Shown in pieces: positions 19,522 to 30,512 of a stretch of 64,000 nucleotides of DNA; the first letter of the stretch is position 1; each line of letters begins with the position of its first letter. A program made the position numbers and the translations under genes. Source of the DNA: Flavobacteriales bacterium (GTDB lineage: Bacteria; Bacteroidota; Bacteroidia; CAIKAF01); NCBI GenBank assembly GCA_025451295.1, contig JANWKQ010000168.1:911-64910 (forward strand), written 5' to 3'. Below the pieces are notes generated by a model. The model did no database searches. It worked only from the letters and a program-made list of their open reading frames with translations, and was not told the DNA's origin.

Positions 19522-19917
19522 TTGCATCACAAATTAAGATCAAAATTCAGCAACGTGCTACCGGAAGTCTGGCAAAAGGAAATAATTAACATTCACACAG
19601 CGGTTGATTGGGTGGAAGAAACCAGTCGGCAACTAATTCGGGATTTCACAATGGTTGGAATAGCATTGGACTTTAAAACCTTTACAGAAGATCGCTACAG
19701 GGATCTTTTTGACCAGGCCAGATCTGTTATTATAGGGCTCTATGAAAAAGATCATCACCAGTTTTTAAATCTGTTATACAGAATTGATCTGCCTGAATCA
19801 GAACTCAGACAACTTTTGCAATCCTTTAGGCCGCCTGAACTGTATGATCGGATAACTGAATTTATCCTGAGAAGGGAGTTTTTGAAGGTTGTGATCCGCC
19901 ACCGGTATAGCCATTAG
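19522..19917 (+). CDS. Hypothetical protein (start may be GTG 19555)
   Basis: QL.RDF, LLYRIDL.E and I..RE..KV.IR motifs look like a conserved Bacteroidota hypothetical family. Confidence 0.65.
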   Translation: MHHKLRSKFSNVLPEVWQKEIINIHTAVDWVEETSRQLIRDFTMVGIALDFKTFTEDRYRDLFDQARSVIIGLYEKDHHQFLNLLYRIDLPESELRQLLQSFRPPELYDRITEFILRREFLKVVIRHRYSH

Positions 19918-19976
19918 AGCTGTAAATCAAGAATAACCAGACGGATTTTGCTATTTTTGATCATTATCTTTACTGC

Positions 19977-22900
19977 TTGAAGTATAACCTCACATTTGGG
20001 ATCTTATGCATAACTACCTGGTTGGGGGGCTTCTTATTGACCCAGCTCAAAAAGGATGAGAATTATTTCGACAAGCAAACCAAAAAAATTGAAACCTCAC
20101 TCCGCCAAAAAGAGGCCTATACCAATGATATCCTCCCTAAAATAGCCGACGATCTTCAAAAATACCCCAAGGACCGATCGTTCGAGATTTTCAATAAATA
20201 CCAGGATGAATTCAAAAAACATCCGGATATCCATGTATATGGATATCATAATGACTCCCTGATCTTCTGGACTTCGGGAAGTGTATTGGTTCCTTACCTC
20301 ACCTTTGATGAGGATTTTGTTCAACCGGTAGCAAAAATGAAAAACGGATGGTATCGGTTCATTAAATACCAAAAGGATAGTTTGAAAATGCTTGGTCTCA
20401 TTCTTGTGAAGAACGAATTTGCTATCAACAATAAATATCTCGATAAACACTTTAACACTGCCTTTGATGTAAAGGAATCAGCAAATTTGTTTACCGACTC
20501 TTTAAAACAAACCCACCAGGTATTCGACAATAAAAATAAATACCTTTTTTCTATTGAGTTTAAAAAGCGGGACCAGAATGTGATCATTTATGAAACCGGT
20601 GCCTCGGTATTTTATTTTCTATCAATTCTGTTTTCACTTATATTCATTTATTCACTTAAAAGTTATCCATTTTTTAAGAAACACCGGACTTTATATGTGA
20701 TCACGTTGATTTTTTCCGTTGGACTCATCCGGTTCTTATGTCTAAAATATCAATGGCCCGCCTTGCTTTACAAGCAACCTGTATTCAGCCCTGAGTTATT
20801 TGCTTCTTCACGGTGGTTGCCAAGCTTAGGTGATTTTATTCTGCATGCGGTTGGACTTACTTTCATTATTTTTGGTGTAGCATTAACCTACCAGTCAAGG
20901 CGTATCAATGCAAGCAGTCGTTCCGTAAAAAAATATTTATATCTGGTTCTCATAGCCTTTGCATCTGCATTCAGTGGGTTGGGAGTTACCTTTCTTTTCG
21001 AAAAACTGGTGCTCGACTCCAACATTTCATTCGACCTGGCGAATTTATTGGTTCTCGACTTGTATAGCTTTCTTGGGTTTTCGCTGATCACTTTTTTATT
21101 GCTCAACTTTCTGGTCATCATTTATGCCCTCTGCCGGCAACTTGTCAGAAGCCGGGTCATTAGGTTTTATGAATGTGTCGTTTTTTATACCCTGGCTTAC
21201 GGTGTTTTTGGGTTGATCATTTATCGGGATGGTATTTTAAATATTATTCCCCCCATCATTTTATATCTGCTGAACATTTCGGTTCTCAATATTAATTATA
21301 AGCGAAAACATGTTTTCAACTTTTATAATTTTGCTCCTATCATTTTTCTGTTTACCATTTTTAGTACGTATACTTTATTCACCCTCAACAAAGCCAAGGA
21401 AAGACTCCACCGCCAGAATCTTGCCTTTAAGATCTCTGATGAACAGGATTATATTACCGAATACTTATTCACCGAAACGGTAGAAGAACTCAAAAACGAC
21501 AAGATTGTTGAACAACTCCTTTTCGATGGGTCCGTAACTATTGATAATGAAATAAGGTATCCGAACGAACTATTTGACCGGATCGCCAAAAAATATTTTG
21601 GAGGTTACTATACCAAATATTCGCTTTTTATTACACCCTTCAGTATGCAGGATTATGAAAATCTTGGAAACCCGGAAAAATCGGATGAACAACTGGAGTA
21701 CTATGAAAACGTGATTGAATTTAATGGAAAAAATACATCTGCCCCCGGTTTATTTTTTATAGACAATAATTATGGAAAAGTAAATTATATTGGTAAGATC
21801 GAGTTTATTCGCCAGAATTTCGACATGTCGATTGAGAAAAAATACATCTATATCGAATTTGTATCCAAAATTGTTACCCAGGAAACCGGATTTCCTCAAC
21901 TTCTTCTTGACGATAAGATCACCAAACCGGTTGATCTAAGTGGATATTCATACTCTATCTATAAAGGCAATAAGCTCACCGTTTTTGGAGGAGAGTTTAT
22001 TTATCCGCTCAATTCACAGGAAATGAATGTGCCTGTAACGGATATTCAATACATAAGTAAGAATGGATACAATCACCTGGTTTACCGAACGCCAACCGGA
22101 AAGATCATTATTGTAAGTAAAAAGAATTCATCTCTTCAGGAGTTCTTTAGTCCGTTTGCCTATATGCTTATTTATTTTTCAGCCATTTTATTGTTTTATA
22201 TCCTTTATCGGTTTATCGTTCTCCGAGACCGGAAAAGCTTTCAGATCAATTTTAAAACGAGGATCCAGGTCTCTATACTTTTCATTTTACTTGTCTCCTT
22301 ACTCGTTGTTGGTATTGGAATCAATAATTATGTGATCACCCAATTCAATAAAAAGAACAAGTTGAATCTTCGTGAGAAGTCAAACTCTATATTACTCGAA
22401 TTTAAATCCCGTATCGAAGGAATGCCTGATGAGGAGGTAAACCCTGATTATATTAAATATGTACTTGAAAAACTTTCTACGATATTTTTTACAGATATTA
22501 ATTTCTATCATGCCAATGGAAACCTGCTGACTTCATCCCGAGAAAGTATTTATAATGAGGGATTTTTGTCGAGACAGATGAACCCAAAGGCCTTCCAGGA
22601 AATGACCATTAACAAGCAGGCATTCTATATGCAAAGCGAGAAGATTGGAAGCTTCGATTATTTAAGTGTCTATGCTGTGTTCCGAAATAATAGCAACGAG
22701 GTTAAGGGTTACATTAATCTGCCATATTTCCTCCGTCAAAAAGAATTGAAGGAAGATCTTGCATCTTCCCTGTTAAGCATGATCAATGTGTTTTCCCTGC
22801 TCATCGCCATTTCGATGATTATAACATTTATCATCGCCAGCAGATTAACAGAGCCTTTAACGGTATTACAGGAGAAGCTTGGTCAGATAAGGATTGGAAG

Positions 22901-23699
22901 AAAGAATGAGATCATCGAGTATGCCAAAAACGACGAGATCGGAAGTTTAGTAACTGAATATAACCGTATGATCATTGAGCTTGAAAAGAGTGCTGATCTG
23001 CTGGCTAAATCGGAAAGAGAAATTGCATGGCGGGAAATGGCCAAGCAGGTGGCGCATGAGGTAAAAAATCCGCTAACCCCGATGAAGTTGAGCGTTCAAT
23101 ATTTGCTGAAGGCATGGGATGATAAACAACCTGATTTTGAAGATAGGTTACGCAGATTCAAGGATGCGATGATCATGCAGATCGAAACATTGTCGAATAT
23201 TGCATCTGAATTCTCCTATTTTGCAAAAATGCCAGTGGCTATTCGTCAGGAAGCAAATGTGGCCGATCTGTTGGAAAGCTGTCTTGATTTTTACCGGAAC
23301 AATGAGGGTGACGTAAAAATTGATTTCAAAAATTATCTTTCCGGAAAAACTCCAATGGTATTACTCGATAAGGACCAGATGCTCCGGGTGTTCAATAATA
23401 TCATACGGAATGCCATCCAATCGATCCCCGGTGACCGTGAGGGCAGGATATTGATCGAACTGAAGGAAACGGAGTTAAAATATATTATTTCTGTTACCGA
23501 TAATGGTGTAGGCATCCAGGAGGATATACGGGATAAGATCTTCTCGCCTAACTTTACAACGAAGAACTCCGGGATGGGTCTCGGACTTGCTATGACCAAA
23601 ACCATTTTGGAAAATATGGATGGAAACATTTATTTTGATACCCACCAGGATGAAGGAACTACTTTTTATATTGAACTAAACAAACTAACTATTATTTGA
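19977..23699 (+). CDS. Large multi-TM sensor histidine kinase (HAMP-HisKA-HATPase, NtrY-like H-box)
   Basis: Many TM helices; DEIGSLVTEYNRM (HAMP); WREMAKQVAHEVKNPLTP; NIIRNAIQS, DNGVG, GMGLGLA. Confidence 0.9.
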   Translation: MKYNLTFGILCITTWLGGFLLTQLKKDENYFDKQTKKIETSLRQKEAYTNDILPKIADDLQKYPKDRSFEIFNKYQDEFKKHPDIHVYGYHNDSLIFWTSGSVLVPYLTFDEDFVQPVAKMKNGWYRFIKYQKDSLKMLGLILVKNEFAINNKYLDKHFNTAFDVKESANLFTDSLKQTHQVFDNKNKYLFSIEFKKRDQNVIIYETGASVFYFLSILFSLIFIYSLKSYPFFKKHRTLYVITLIFSVGLIRFLCLKYQWPALLYKQPVFSPELFASSRWLPSLGDFILHAVGLTFIIFGVALTYQSRRINASSRSVKKYLYLVLIAFASAFSGLGVTFLFEKLVLDSNISFDLANLLVLDLYSFLGFSLITFLLLNFLVIIYALCRQLVRSRVIRFYECVVFYTLAYGVFGLIIYRDGILNIIPPIILYLLNISVLNINYKRKHVFNFYNFAPIIFLFTIFSTYTLFTLNKAKERLHRQNLAFKISDEQDYITEYLFTETVEELKNDKIVEQLLFDGSVTIDNEIRYPNELFDRIAKKYFGGYYTKYSLFITPFSMQDYENLGNPEKSDEQLEYYENVIEFNGKNTSAPGLFFIDNNYGKVNYIGKIEFIRQNFDMSIEKKYIYIEFVSKIVTQETGFPQLLLDDKITKPVDLSGYSYSIYKGNKLTVFGGEFIYPLNSQEMNVPVTDIQYISKNGYNHLVYRTPTGKIIIVSKKNSSLQEFFSPFAYMLIYFSAILLFYILYRFIVLRDRKSFQINFKTRIQVSILFILLVSLLVVGIGINNYVITQFNKKNKLNLREKSNSILLEFKSRIEGMPDEEVNPDYIKYVLEKLSTIFFTDINFYHANGNLLTSSRESIYNEGFLSRQMNPKAFQEMTINKQAFYMQSEKIGSFDYLSVYAVFRNNSNEVKGYINLPYFLRQKELKEDLASSLLSMINVFSLLIAISMIITFIIASRLTEPLTVLQEKLGQIRIGRKNEIIEYAKNDEIGSLVTEYNRMIIELEKSADLLAKSEREIAWREMAKQVAHEVKNPLTPMKLSVQYLLKAWDDKQPDFEDRLRRFKDAMIMQIETLSNIASEFSYFAKMPVAIRQEANVADLLESCLDFYRNNEGDVKIDFKNYLSGKTPMVLLDKDQMLRVFNNIIRNAIQSIPGDREGRILIELKETELKYIISVTDNGVGIQEDIRDKIFSPNFTTKNSGMGLGLAMTKTILENMDGNIYFDTHQDEGTTFYIELNKLTII

Positions 23700-23703
23700 T
23701 TGT

Positions 23704-24486
23704 ATGGCTTATAAAAATTTATTGATCGACATAGAAAACGGGATCGCATTGGTGACCATTAATCGCCCTGACAAACTCAATGCCTTGAACATAGAAACCA
23801 TTGCAGAGCTGAGTGAAGCTTTGGGATCACTTGATAAGGATACTTCCGTAAATGTTTTGATCATTACAGGATCTGGTGAAAAAGCATTTGTTGCCGGAGC
23901 AGATATTTCTGAGTTTACAAATTTTAATCCGGAGCAGGGAAAGAAAATGAGTGCCGATGGTCATGTAAAATTATTTGACAAGATGGAAAAAATGACCAAG
24001 CCAGTCATTGCAGCCGTCAATGGTTTTGCATTGGGAGGTGGATTAGAACTAGCCATGTCTGCTCATATCCGGATTGCATCTGACAATGCTAAACTTGGAT
24101 TGCCAGAAGTTTCTTTGGGTGTAATTCCAGGCTATGGAGGAACACAACGTTTACCACAATTGGTTGGTAAGGGTAGAGCGGCCGAGATGATCTTTACCGC
24201 ACAAATGATATCAGCAGCTGACGCAGAAAAATATGGACTGGTGAATAGGGTGGTTGCACAAGCCGATCTTATAACGACATGCAAAGAGCTGGCCGGAAAG
24301 ATCCTGAAAAATTCTCCGACAGCAATCAGTCATGCAATTGTTTCATTGAATGCGGCCTTCACTGATGGAGTGAATGGTTTTCATATTGAGATCGAAGAAT
24401 TTGGTAAATGTTTCGATTCGGGTGATTTTAAAGAAGGGACTGCGGCATTCCTTGAAAAACGAAAACCTGATTTTAAAGGAAATTAG
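23704..24486 (+). CDS. Enoyl-CoA hydratase/crotonase
   Basis: INRPDKLNALN, AFVAGADI, NGFALGGGLELA, PEVSLGVIPGYGGTQRL. Confidence 0.93.
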   Translation: MAYKNLLIDIENGIALVTINRPDKLNALNIETIAELSEALGSLDKDTSVNVLIITGSGEKAFVAGADISEFTNFNPEQGKKMSADGHVKLFDKMEKMTKPVIAAVNGFALGGGLELAMSAHIRIASDNAKLGLPEVSLGVIPGYGGTQRLPQLVGKGRAAEMIFTAQMISAADAEKYGLVNRVVAQADLITTCKELAGKILKNSPTAISHAIVSLNAAFTDGVNGFHIEIEEFGKCFDSGDFKEGTAAFLEKRKPDFKGN

Positions 24487-24490
24487 ATTA

Positions 24491-24518
24491 TTGACGAATG
24501 ACGATTTACGAGTGACGA
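24491..24518. repeat. Heptamer tandem repeat (nTKACGA x4)
   Basis: ttgacga atgacga tttacga gtgacga; same unit type as at 4401. Confidence 0.65.
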
Positions 24519-24543
24519 TTGGCTGACGCCAGAATTCGATTTG

Positions 24544-24620
24544 TTTGGGCGGCTTTTCCCGCTATCCGCTATATCTTTTGCTGAGCAAAAGGATGCCGCT
24601 CCTATCGCGGCCGCTGGCGT
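24544..24620 (-). ncRNA. Structured intergenic repeat/ncRNA (Flavo-1-like), copy B (minimal form)
   Basis: Minus strand GATAGGAGCGGCATCCTTTTGCT-C-AGCAAAAGATATAGCGGATAGCGGG, directly after the gcvP stop. Confidence 0.6.
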
Positions 24621-27509
24621 CTATACTTCAATATTTTCGTAAGCTTCAATGGCTATACAGGAACAAATAAGATTTCTGTCGCCGTATGCATCATCAATCC
24701 TTGATACTGGTGGCCAGAATTTATTTTCTTCAGTAAACTTTACAGGGAACGCTGCTTTTTTACGGCTATAAGGATAGTTCCAGTCATCCGAAGTAACAAC
24801 CAGCGAAGTATGTGGTGCATTTTTTAGTACATTGAGTTCAGCCGTATACTTTCCATTTTCAATTTCACTTATTTCATTCCGGATACTGATCAACGCATCG
24901 CAGAATTTATCCAATTCCTCTTTCGATTCGCTTTCAGTTGGTTCGATCATCAATGTTCCGGCAACCGGGAAAGAAACAGTCGGCGCATGAAATCCATAAT
25001 CCATCAATCTCTTGGCAATATCGATCACCTCAACACCTGCGGTCTTTTTAAAATTTCTGCAATCCACAATAAATTCGTGAGCCACCCTTCCGCTTTTTCC
25101 GCTGTAGAGGATCGGATAATGCTGACTGATCCTTTCCTTCATGTAATTAGCATTCAATATGGCCATTTTTGTACAAGCGGTTAAACCCTCTGCTCCCAGC
25201 ATTTTTATATATCCGTAAGAGATTAGCAGGATCAATGAACTTCCCCATGGTGCTGCAGATACCGCCGGAATTCCTTTTTCTCCTCCTGTTTTGATCAATA
25301 CATGGGATGGAAGAAAAGGTGCCAGGTGTGATTTTACACCAATCGGTCCCATACCAGGTCCGCCTCCCCCATGAGGGATTGCAAAAGTCTTATGTAAATT
25401 TAAGTGACAAACATCTGCACCAATTCTTGCCGGACTTGTAAGTCCAACCTGAGCGTTCATATTTGCTCCATCCATATAAACCTGTCCGCCATTTGCATGG
25501 ATGATCTCCGTTACTTCCATAATGGTTTCTTCATATACTCCATGAGTGGATGGATAAGTAACCATTAATGCGCTTAGCTGATCCTTATATTTTTCTGCTT
25601 TTTCTTTCAGATCGGTCATGTCAATATTTCCCAATTCATCACACTTCACAACTACCACATTCAATCCAGCCATTACTGCACTTGCCGGATTTGTTCCATG
25701 CGCCGAAGAAGGAATAAGTACAATATTTCTATGATGATCCCCGCGGGATTCGTGATATGCCTTGATTACCAGAAGGCCCGCAAATTCTCCCTGTGCGCCT
25801 GAATTCGGCTGAAGAGAAATGGCGTCAAACCCGGTAATTTCAGCAAGATCTTTCTCCAATATTTCAATCACTTCCTGATAACCTGCCGCCTGTTCTTTCG
25901 GAACAAAAGGATGAAGCTGATTGAATTTCGGCCAACTCAATGGGATCATTTCACTGGCGGCATTTAATTTCATGGTGCAGGAGCCTAAAGAGATCATGCT
26001 AAAGTTAAGTGCAATGTCTTTCGACTCCAGTTTCTTAATATAACGCATCAACTCCGATTCACTGTGATGACTGTTAAAGACCGGATGGGTCATAAATGTT
26101 GAAGTTCTTTTCAGATCTTTTGAGATCGACACAGTTGCTTTTTCCATGTCATCCAAACTAACAGGGGCAATATTTTTTCCTGATACCGAACCAAAACACC
26201 CGATCAAAGCATTCAGGTCTTCATCAGATGTAACCTCATCCACCGACATGGTTATTATTCCGTTTGATCCATAAAAAAGATTGCATTCATTTTTATAGGT
26301 GGCATCTTTTATTTTTTGATAAAGGCCATTGTCCATTACTTCAATAGAAATCGTATCGAAAAAATGATCCGAGGTAGTTTTAAAGCCGAGCTCATTTAAT
26401 TTTGTCCTTAACAAACTTGCTTTTTTATGAACGGACGTGGCAATGTTGGTAATTCCTTTTGGTCCATGATAAACCGCATACATTGATGCCATAATCGCCA
26501 GCAATGCCTGAGCCGTGCAAATATTGGATGTGGCTTTGTCTCTCCGGATATGTTGTTCCCTGGTTTGTAGTGACATTCTTAATGCAGGCTTTCCTTTGGA
26601 ATCCACTGAAACCCCAATAATTCTTCCGGGAATATGACGCTGATATTCTTTTTTAGTTGCAAAGAAAGCTGCATGTGGGCCTCCATAACCCATCGGAACA
26701 CCAAACCTTTGTGAATTTCCAACAACAATATCCGCTCCCCATTCGCCGGGTGCTGTAAGCAGAGCCAGACTTAAAAGATCAGTTGCAACTGTAACTACTA
26801 TATTTTTTTCTTTTGCTTTTTTTACGAGGTCAGCATAGTTTTTTACCGACCCGTCCATATCCGTATACTGCAATAAAAGGCCAAAATAAGAACCATTCAC
26901 ATCCAGTTTATCGAGAGAACTGATCACCAACTCAATCCCTAAATGACTGGCCCTTGATTTTAATACATCAATGGTTTGGATAAATACTTTATCGGAAACA
27001 AAGAATTTATTGACCCCGTTTTTTTCGGCCTCCCGGGATCTCATATGAAAGGACATTCCCATGGCTTCAGCCGCTGCGGTTCCCTCATCAAGTAAAGAGG
27101 CATTGGCGAGTTCCATTCCTGTAAGATCCATTACGACTGTCTGAAAGTTAAGGATCGCTTCCATCCTTCCCTGTGCAATCTCAGCCTGATAAGGCGTATA
27201 AGCAGTGTACCATCCTGGATTTTCAAAAATATTTCTTAAGATCGGTGAAGGCGTAATGGTTCCATAATAACCCTGACCAATAAAATTTCTGTATAAAAGA
27301 TTTTTCTGAGCAATATGCCTGATATGCTTTAGGTATTCATGCTCATGCATTCCGGCTTCAATTTTTAACCCTTTACGGTTTCGGATCTTTTCCGGAACGA
27401 TCTGATCCACCAAATGATCCACCGATTCCACCTTCAGCACATCAATCATTTCATTTATTTCACCTTCATCAGATCCAAGATGGCGTGGTATAAAATTTGA
27501 ACTTTGCAT
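24621..27509 (-). CDS. gcvP: Glycine dehydrogenase (glycine cleavage system P protein)
   Basis: YTPYQAEIAQGR, ANASLLDEGT, ATSNICTAQ, LGSCTMKLN, HLNLHKTFAIPHGGGGPG. Confidence 0.97.
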   Translation of the reverse strand: MQSSNFIPRHLGSDEGEINEMIDVLKVESVDHLVDQIVPEKIRNRKGLKIEAGMHEHEYLKHIRHIAQKNLLYRNFIGQGYYGTITPSPILRNIFENPGWYTAYTPYQAEIAQGRMEAILNFQTVVMDLTGMELANASLLDEGTAAAEAMGMSFHMRSREAEKNGVNKFFVSDKVFIQTIDVLKSRASHLGIELVISSLDKLDVNGSYFGLLLQYTDMDGSVKNYADLVKKAKEKNIVVTVATDLLSLALLTAPGEWGADIVVGNSQRFGVPMGYGGPHAAFFATKKEYQRHIPGRIIGVSVDSKGKPALRMSLQTREQHIRRDKATSNICTAQALLAIMASMYAVYHGPKGITNIATSVHKKASLLRTKLNELGFKTTSDHFFDTISIEVMDNGLYQKIKDATYKNECNLFYGSNGIITMSVDEVTSDEDLNALIGCFGSVSGKNIAPVSLDDMEKATVSISKDLKRTSTFMTHPVFNSHHSESELMRYIKKLESKDIALNFSMISLGSCTMKLNAASEMIPLSWPKFNQLHPFVPKEQAAGYQEVIEILEKDLAEITGFDAISLQPNSGAQGEFAGLLVIKAYHESRGDHHRNIVLIPSSAHGTNPASAVMAGLNVVVVKCDELGNIDMTDLKEKAEKYKDQLSALMVTYPSTHGVYEETIMEVTEIIHANGGQVYMDGANMNAQVGLTSPARIGADVCHLNLHKTFAIPHGGGGPGMGPIGVKSHLAPFLPSHVLIKTGGEKGIPAVSAAPWGSSLILLISYGYIKMLGAEGLTACTKMAILNANYMKERISQHYPILYSGKSGRVAHEFIVDCRNFKKTAGVEVIDIAKRLMDYGFHAPTVSFPVAGTLMIEPTESESKEELDKFCDALISIRNEISEIENGKYTAELNVLKNAPHTSLVVTSDDWNYPYSRKKAAFPVKFTEENKFWPPVSRIDDAYGDRNLICSCIAIEAYENIEV

Positions 27510-27657
27510 AGAAATAAGAGATAAAAGTTTGTCTTCTCAAAAAGGAGAGCAAATTTACATTAATTCGTCAATTATTTTAGGATTTCCGAATGAAACCGGC
27601 AAAACCTTTGAAGGTTACGAAAAAACAGTTAGATTCGTGCTGTCTGTATTAGTAAAT

Positions 27658-28443
27658 ATGGTTAGAAAACTCATCATTATCGCCCTTGCTTTTTCTTGGG
27701 TAACCCAGGCCAAAAGTCAGGATATATTGCTTACCTTAACCGGGAAAGAAGTGCCCTGTATAATCGAAAAGGTAGATACATTTTTTGTCTTCTATACATC
27801 CCTTGGTCCGTTAAAAGCGGTCGAAAAATCATCAGTTCTTAAGATCACACCTCAAAAACTCTTGATGAAGGGTGGTTCTGAAAGAAATGTGGTCTTTGAC
27901 TTAGCCGCTTATGATGTTAACGGACCTTATCTCTATTACAGAGAAAAAGTGGATTCAAAAAGAAAAGACCGGTACAATTATTTTTCCTGCACCACTATTA
28001 GCTTCGATACCCTTTTACCTTATCAGGATACTATATTTCTTTCCAAGCGGGAAAAGGTATTGTATGCCCAGGATAGCCTGCACAAGAAATTTGAATTCAG
28101 CATCGAAGAACAAAGAGCCTATACCTATGGAAGAAGATCGGCCCGGAGAAATTTCGTCAGCCCATGGAGTACCATAGGTGGTGTAGCCACCGGTTTTTTT
28201 GGCGGCTTTGCCTTGCCTTTTTTCTATGGTGCGGGGCCTGCGGTGGTATATTGCAGCATCAACGCATCTATTAAACCTAAGATGGGTGCAACTGATCCAC
28301 AGGATGCGGACTTCGTTACCAATGACTATTTTATCGAAGGCTATCGAAGCCAGGCCCAGTTACTCAAGGTTCAGAATTCGGTGCTGGGTGCTATCCCGGC
28401 ACTGGCTGTGGGAATCGTGACCCGGCTTTTTATAGCTCAATAA
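27658..28443 (+). CDS. Hypothetical secreted/membrane protein
   Basis: Signal peptide MVRKLIIIALAF...AKSQD followed by DILLT..GKE; C-terminal hydrophobic segments. Confidence 0.65.
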   Translation: MVRKLIIIALAFSWVTQAKSQDILLTLTGKEVPCIIEKVDTFFVFYTSLGPLKAVEKSSVLKITPQKLLMKGGSERNVVFDLAAYDVNGPYLYYREKVDSKRKDRYNYFSCTTISFDTLLPYQDTIFLSKREKVLYAQDSLHKKFEFSIEEQRAYTYGRRSARRNFVSPWSTIGGVATGFFGGFALPFFYGAGPAVVYCSINASIKPKMGATDPQDADFVTNDYFIEGYRSQAQLLKVQNSVLGAIPALAVGIVTRLFIAQ

Positions 28444-28453
28444 AAATCAATCT

Positions 28454-29728
28454 ATGCATTTCGAATTTTCCGAAGAATTTGCGGTAAGCCAGGATCAATA
28501 CGATACACTTGCAGCTTACAGGAACCGGTTTCACTTTCCATTGATCCATGGGAAGAAGGCGATCTATTTTACCGGTAATTCCTTAGGACTTCAGCCTGAC
28601 AAAGCAGAGGAATATATTTTACAGGAAATGGAGGATTGGAAAAAATTTGGAGTGGAAGGACATTTCCAGGCGAAAAATCCATGGTTCAGTTATCATGAAC
28701 CTTTTGCAAAATTATTGGCACCCATTGTTGGAGCCAAGGAATCTGAAGTAGTTGCGATGGGATCGCTTACCAATAATTTACATTTGCTGATGGTATCTTT
28801 TTATCGTCCTACATCTACCCGTTATAAAATTCTGAGTGAGCAAAAAGCATTTCCTTCTGATCTGTATGCATTGGATAGTCAGGCCCGGTTTCATGGCTTC
28901 GATCCAAAGGATGCGGTGGTGGAAATTGGTCCGAGGGAGGGTGAAACGTATATCCGGAATGATGATGTGATCGCCAAAATACAGGAGCTTGGAGATAGTC
29001 TGGCGCTTGTAATGATGGGAGGAGTCAATTTTTACACTGGTCAACTTTTTGACATGGGAAAAATCACAGAGGTTGGCCATTCAAATGGTGCGGTGGTGGG
29101 TTTTGACCTGGCGCATGCAGCCGGAAATGTATCCTTACAATTAAATGCATGGAAAGTTGATTTCGCTGCATGGTGCAGTTATAAATATTTAAATAGTGGT
29201 CCGGGTAGCGTAGCTGGAATTTATGTTTATGAAAAACATCATACAGATGGATCATTGCCCCGTTTAAATGGATGGTGGGGAAATAAGGCTGATTCCAGAT
29301 TTAAAATGGAAAGATCGTTTCGTGCTTTTGAAACGGCAGAAGCATGGCAACTTTCGAATGCACCGGTTTTTTCGATGGCGATCCACCGAGCTTCACTTGA
29401 AATATTTAATGAGGCGGGCATGGATGCGTTGGTGGAGAAATCAAGAAAACTGTCAGGTTATACACATACCGTAATAGAAAAAATAAATGCGGATGCAGGT
29501 GAAGAACTCATCCAGGTGATTACACCTACGGATCAGCATGAACGTGGTTGTCAGGTTTCGATGGTGATGAAAAAAAACGGACGCATGGTTTTTGATGCCT
29601 TGTTAAAAAACGGGATCTTAACCGATTGGCGGGAACCGGATGTGATCCGGATTGCACCGGTACCACTTTATAATTCTTTTAAAGATGTATTTGATTTTTA
29701 TTCAACCCTTCGAAAAATATTATTATGA
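28454..29728 (+). CDS. kynU: Kynureninase
   Basis: YFTGNSLGLQP, AFPSD, GFDLAHAAGN, DFAAWCSYKYLNSGPG, GWWG, DWREPDVIR. Confidence 0.95.
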   Translation: MHFEFSEEFAVSQDQYDTLAAYRNRFHFPLIHGKKAIYFTGNSLGLQPDKAEEYILQEMEDWKKFGVEGHFQAKNPWFSYHEPFAKLLAPIVGAKESEVVAMGSLTNNLHLLMVSFYRPTSTRYKILSEQKAFPSDLYALDSQARFHGFDPKDAVVEIGPREGETYIRNDDVIAKIQELGDSLALVMMGGVNFYTGQLFDMGKITEVGHSNGAVVGFDLAHAAGNVSLQLNAWKVDFAAWCSYKYLNSGPGSVAGIYVYEKHHTDGSLPRLNGWWGNKADSRFKMERSFRAFETAEAWQLSNAPVFSMAIHRASLEIFNEAGMDALVEKSRKLSGYTHTVIEKINADAGEELIQVITPTDQHERGCQVSMVMKKNGRMVFDALLKNGILTDWREPDVIRIAPVPLYNSFKDVFDFYSTLRKILL

Positions 29729-29733
29729 ACCGA

Positions 29734-29754
29734 TCCTGACGGTTACCGTCAGGA
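29734..29754. repeat. Perfect short palindrome between kynU and elbB
   Basis: TCCTGACGGT-T-ACCGTCAGGA; no U-tract. Confidence 0.6.
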
Positions 29755-29787
29755 GAGCTCACGAATACAATAAAAAATAAAAACAAT

Positions 29788-30471
29788 ATGAGTAAAAAAA
29801 TTGCAGTGATCTTATCCGGTTGCGGAGTTTTTGATGGTTCAGAAATTAACGAAGCTGTTTTTAGTTTATTAGCTATTACAGAAAATGGTGGAACTTATCA
29901 ATGTTTTGCGCCGGATGTGGAACAACATCATGTGCTGAATCACATCACGGGTGATGAAATGCCGGAGAAAAGAAATGTACTTGTTGAATCTGCGAGAATT
30001 GCACGTGGAAATGTGCAGGCTTTAAATACGTATGATCCAAAAAATTTCGATGGTCTGGTAATCCCAGGAGGATTTGGTGCTGCAAAAAATCTTACGAAAT
30101 GGGCATTTAGCGGCCCCGAAGGAGAGATCAATGCGGATGTAAAAAAAGCGATTGTGGAAACCGTTCATTCAAAAAAACCGGTAGTGGGTTTATGTATGGG
30201 TCCCACAGTGATTGCCAAAGCATTGGAAGGAAGTGGGATTGCTTCGCATCTGACGGTCGGTTCTACTTCCGAAGCTTCTCCATATGATATAGCTGCCATT
30301 AGTGGTGGAATGGAAAAAACAGGGGCAGTGGCAGAAATGAAAACGATCAACGAAATTTTGGTTGACAAAACGAATAAGATCATTACAGCACCATGTTATA
30401 TGATGGAGGCTGATATAGCACAGATCAGGAGGAATGTGAAGCAGGCTGTGGATGCTATGTTTGATTTTTGA
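29788..30471 (+). CDS. elbB: Glyoxalase ElbB (DJ-1/PfpI, ES1 family)
   Basis: AVILSGCGVFDGSEINE, RNVLVESARIARG, PGGFGAAKNL, TAPCYM. Confidence 0.92.
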   Translation: MSKKIAVILSGCGVFDGSEINEAVFSLLAITENGGTYQCFAPDVEQHHVLNHITGDEMPEKRNVLVESARIARGNVQALNTYDPKNFDGLVIPGGFGAAKNLTKWAFSGPEGEINADVKKAIVETVHSKKPVVGLCMGPTVIAKALEGSGIASHLTVGSTSEASPYDIAAISGGMEKTGAVAEMKTINEILVDKTNKIITAPCYMMEADIAQIRRNVKQAVDAMFDF

Positions 30472-30512
30472 TTTTTTATCTTAACTTTGCCCTCCCTTAA
30501 AACGGATAGTTT

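Noticed and set aside
27510..27600. Glycine riboswitch upstream of gcvP
   Set aside because: A -7 promoter box lies only ~40 nt from the ATG, leaving no room, and no aptamer motifs are visible
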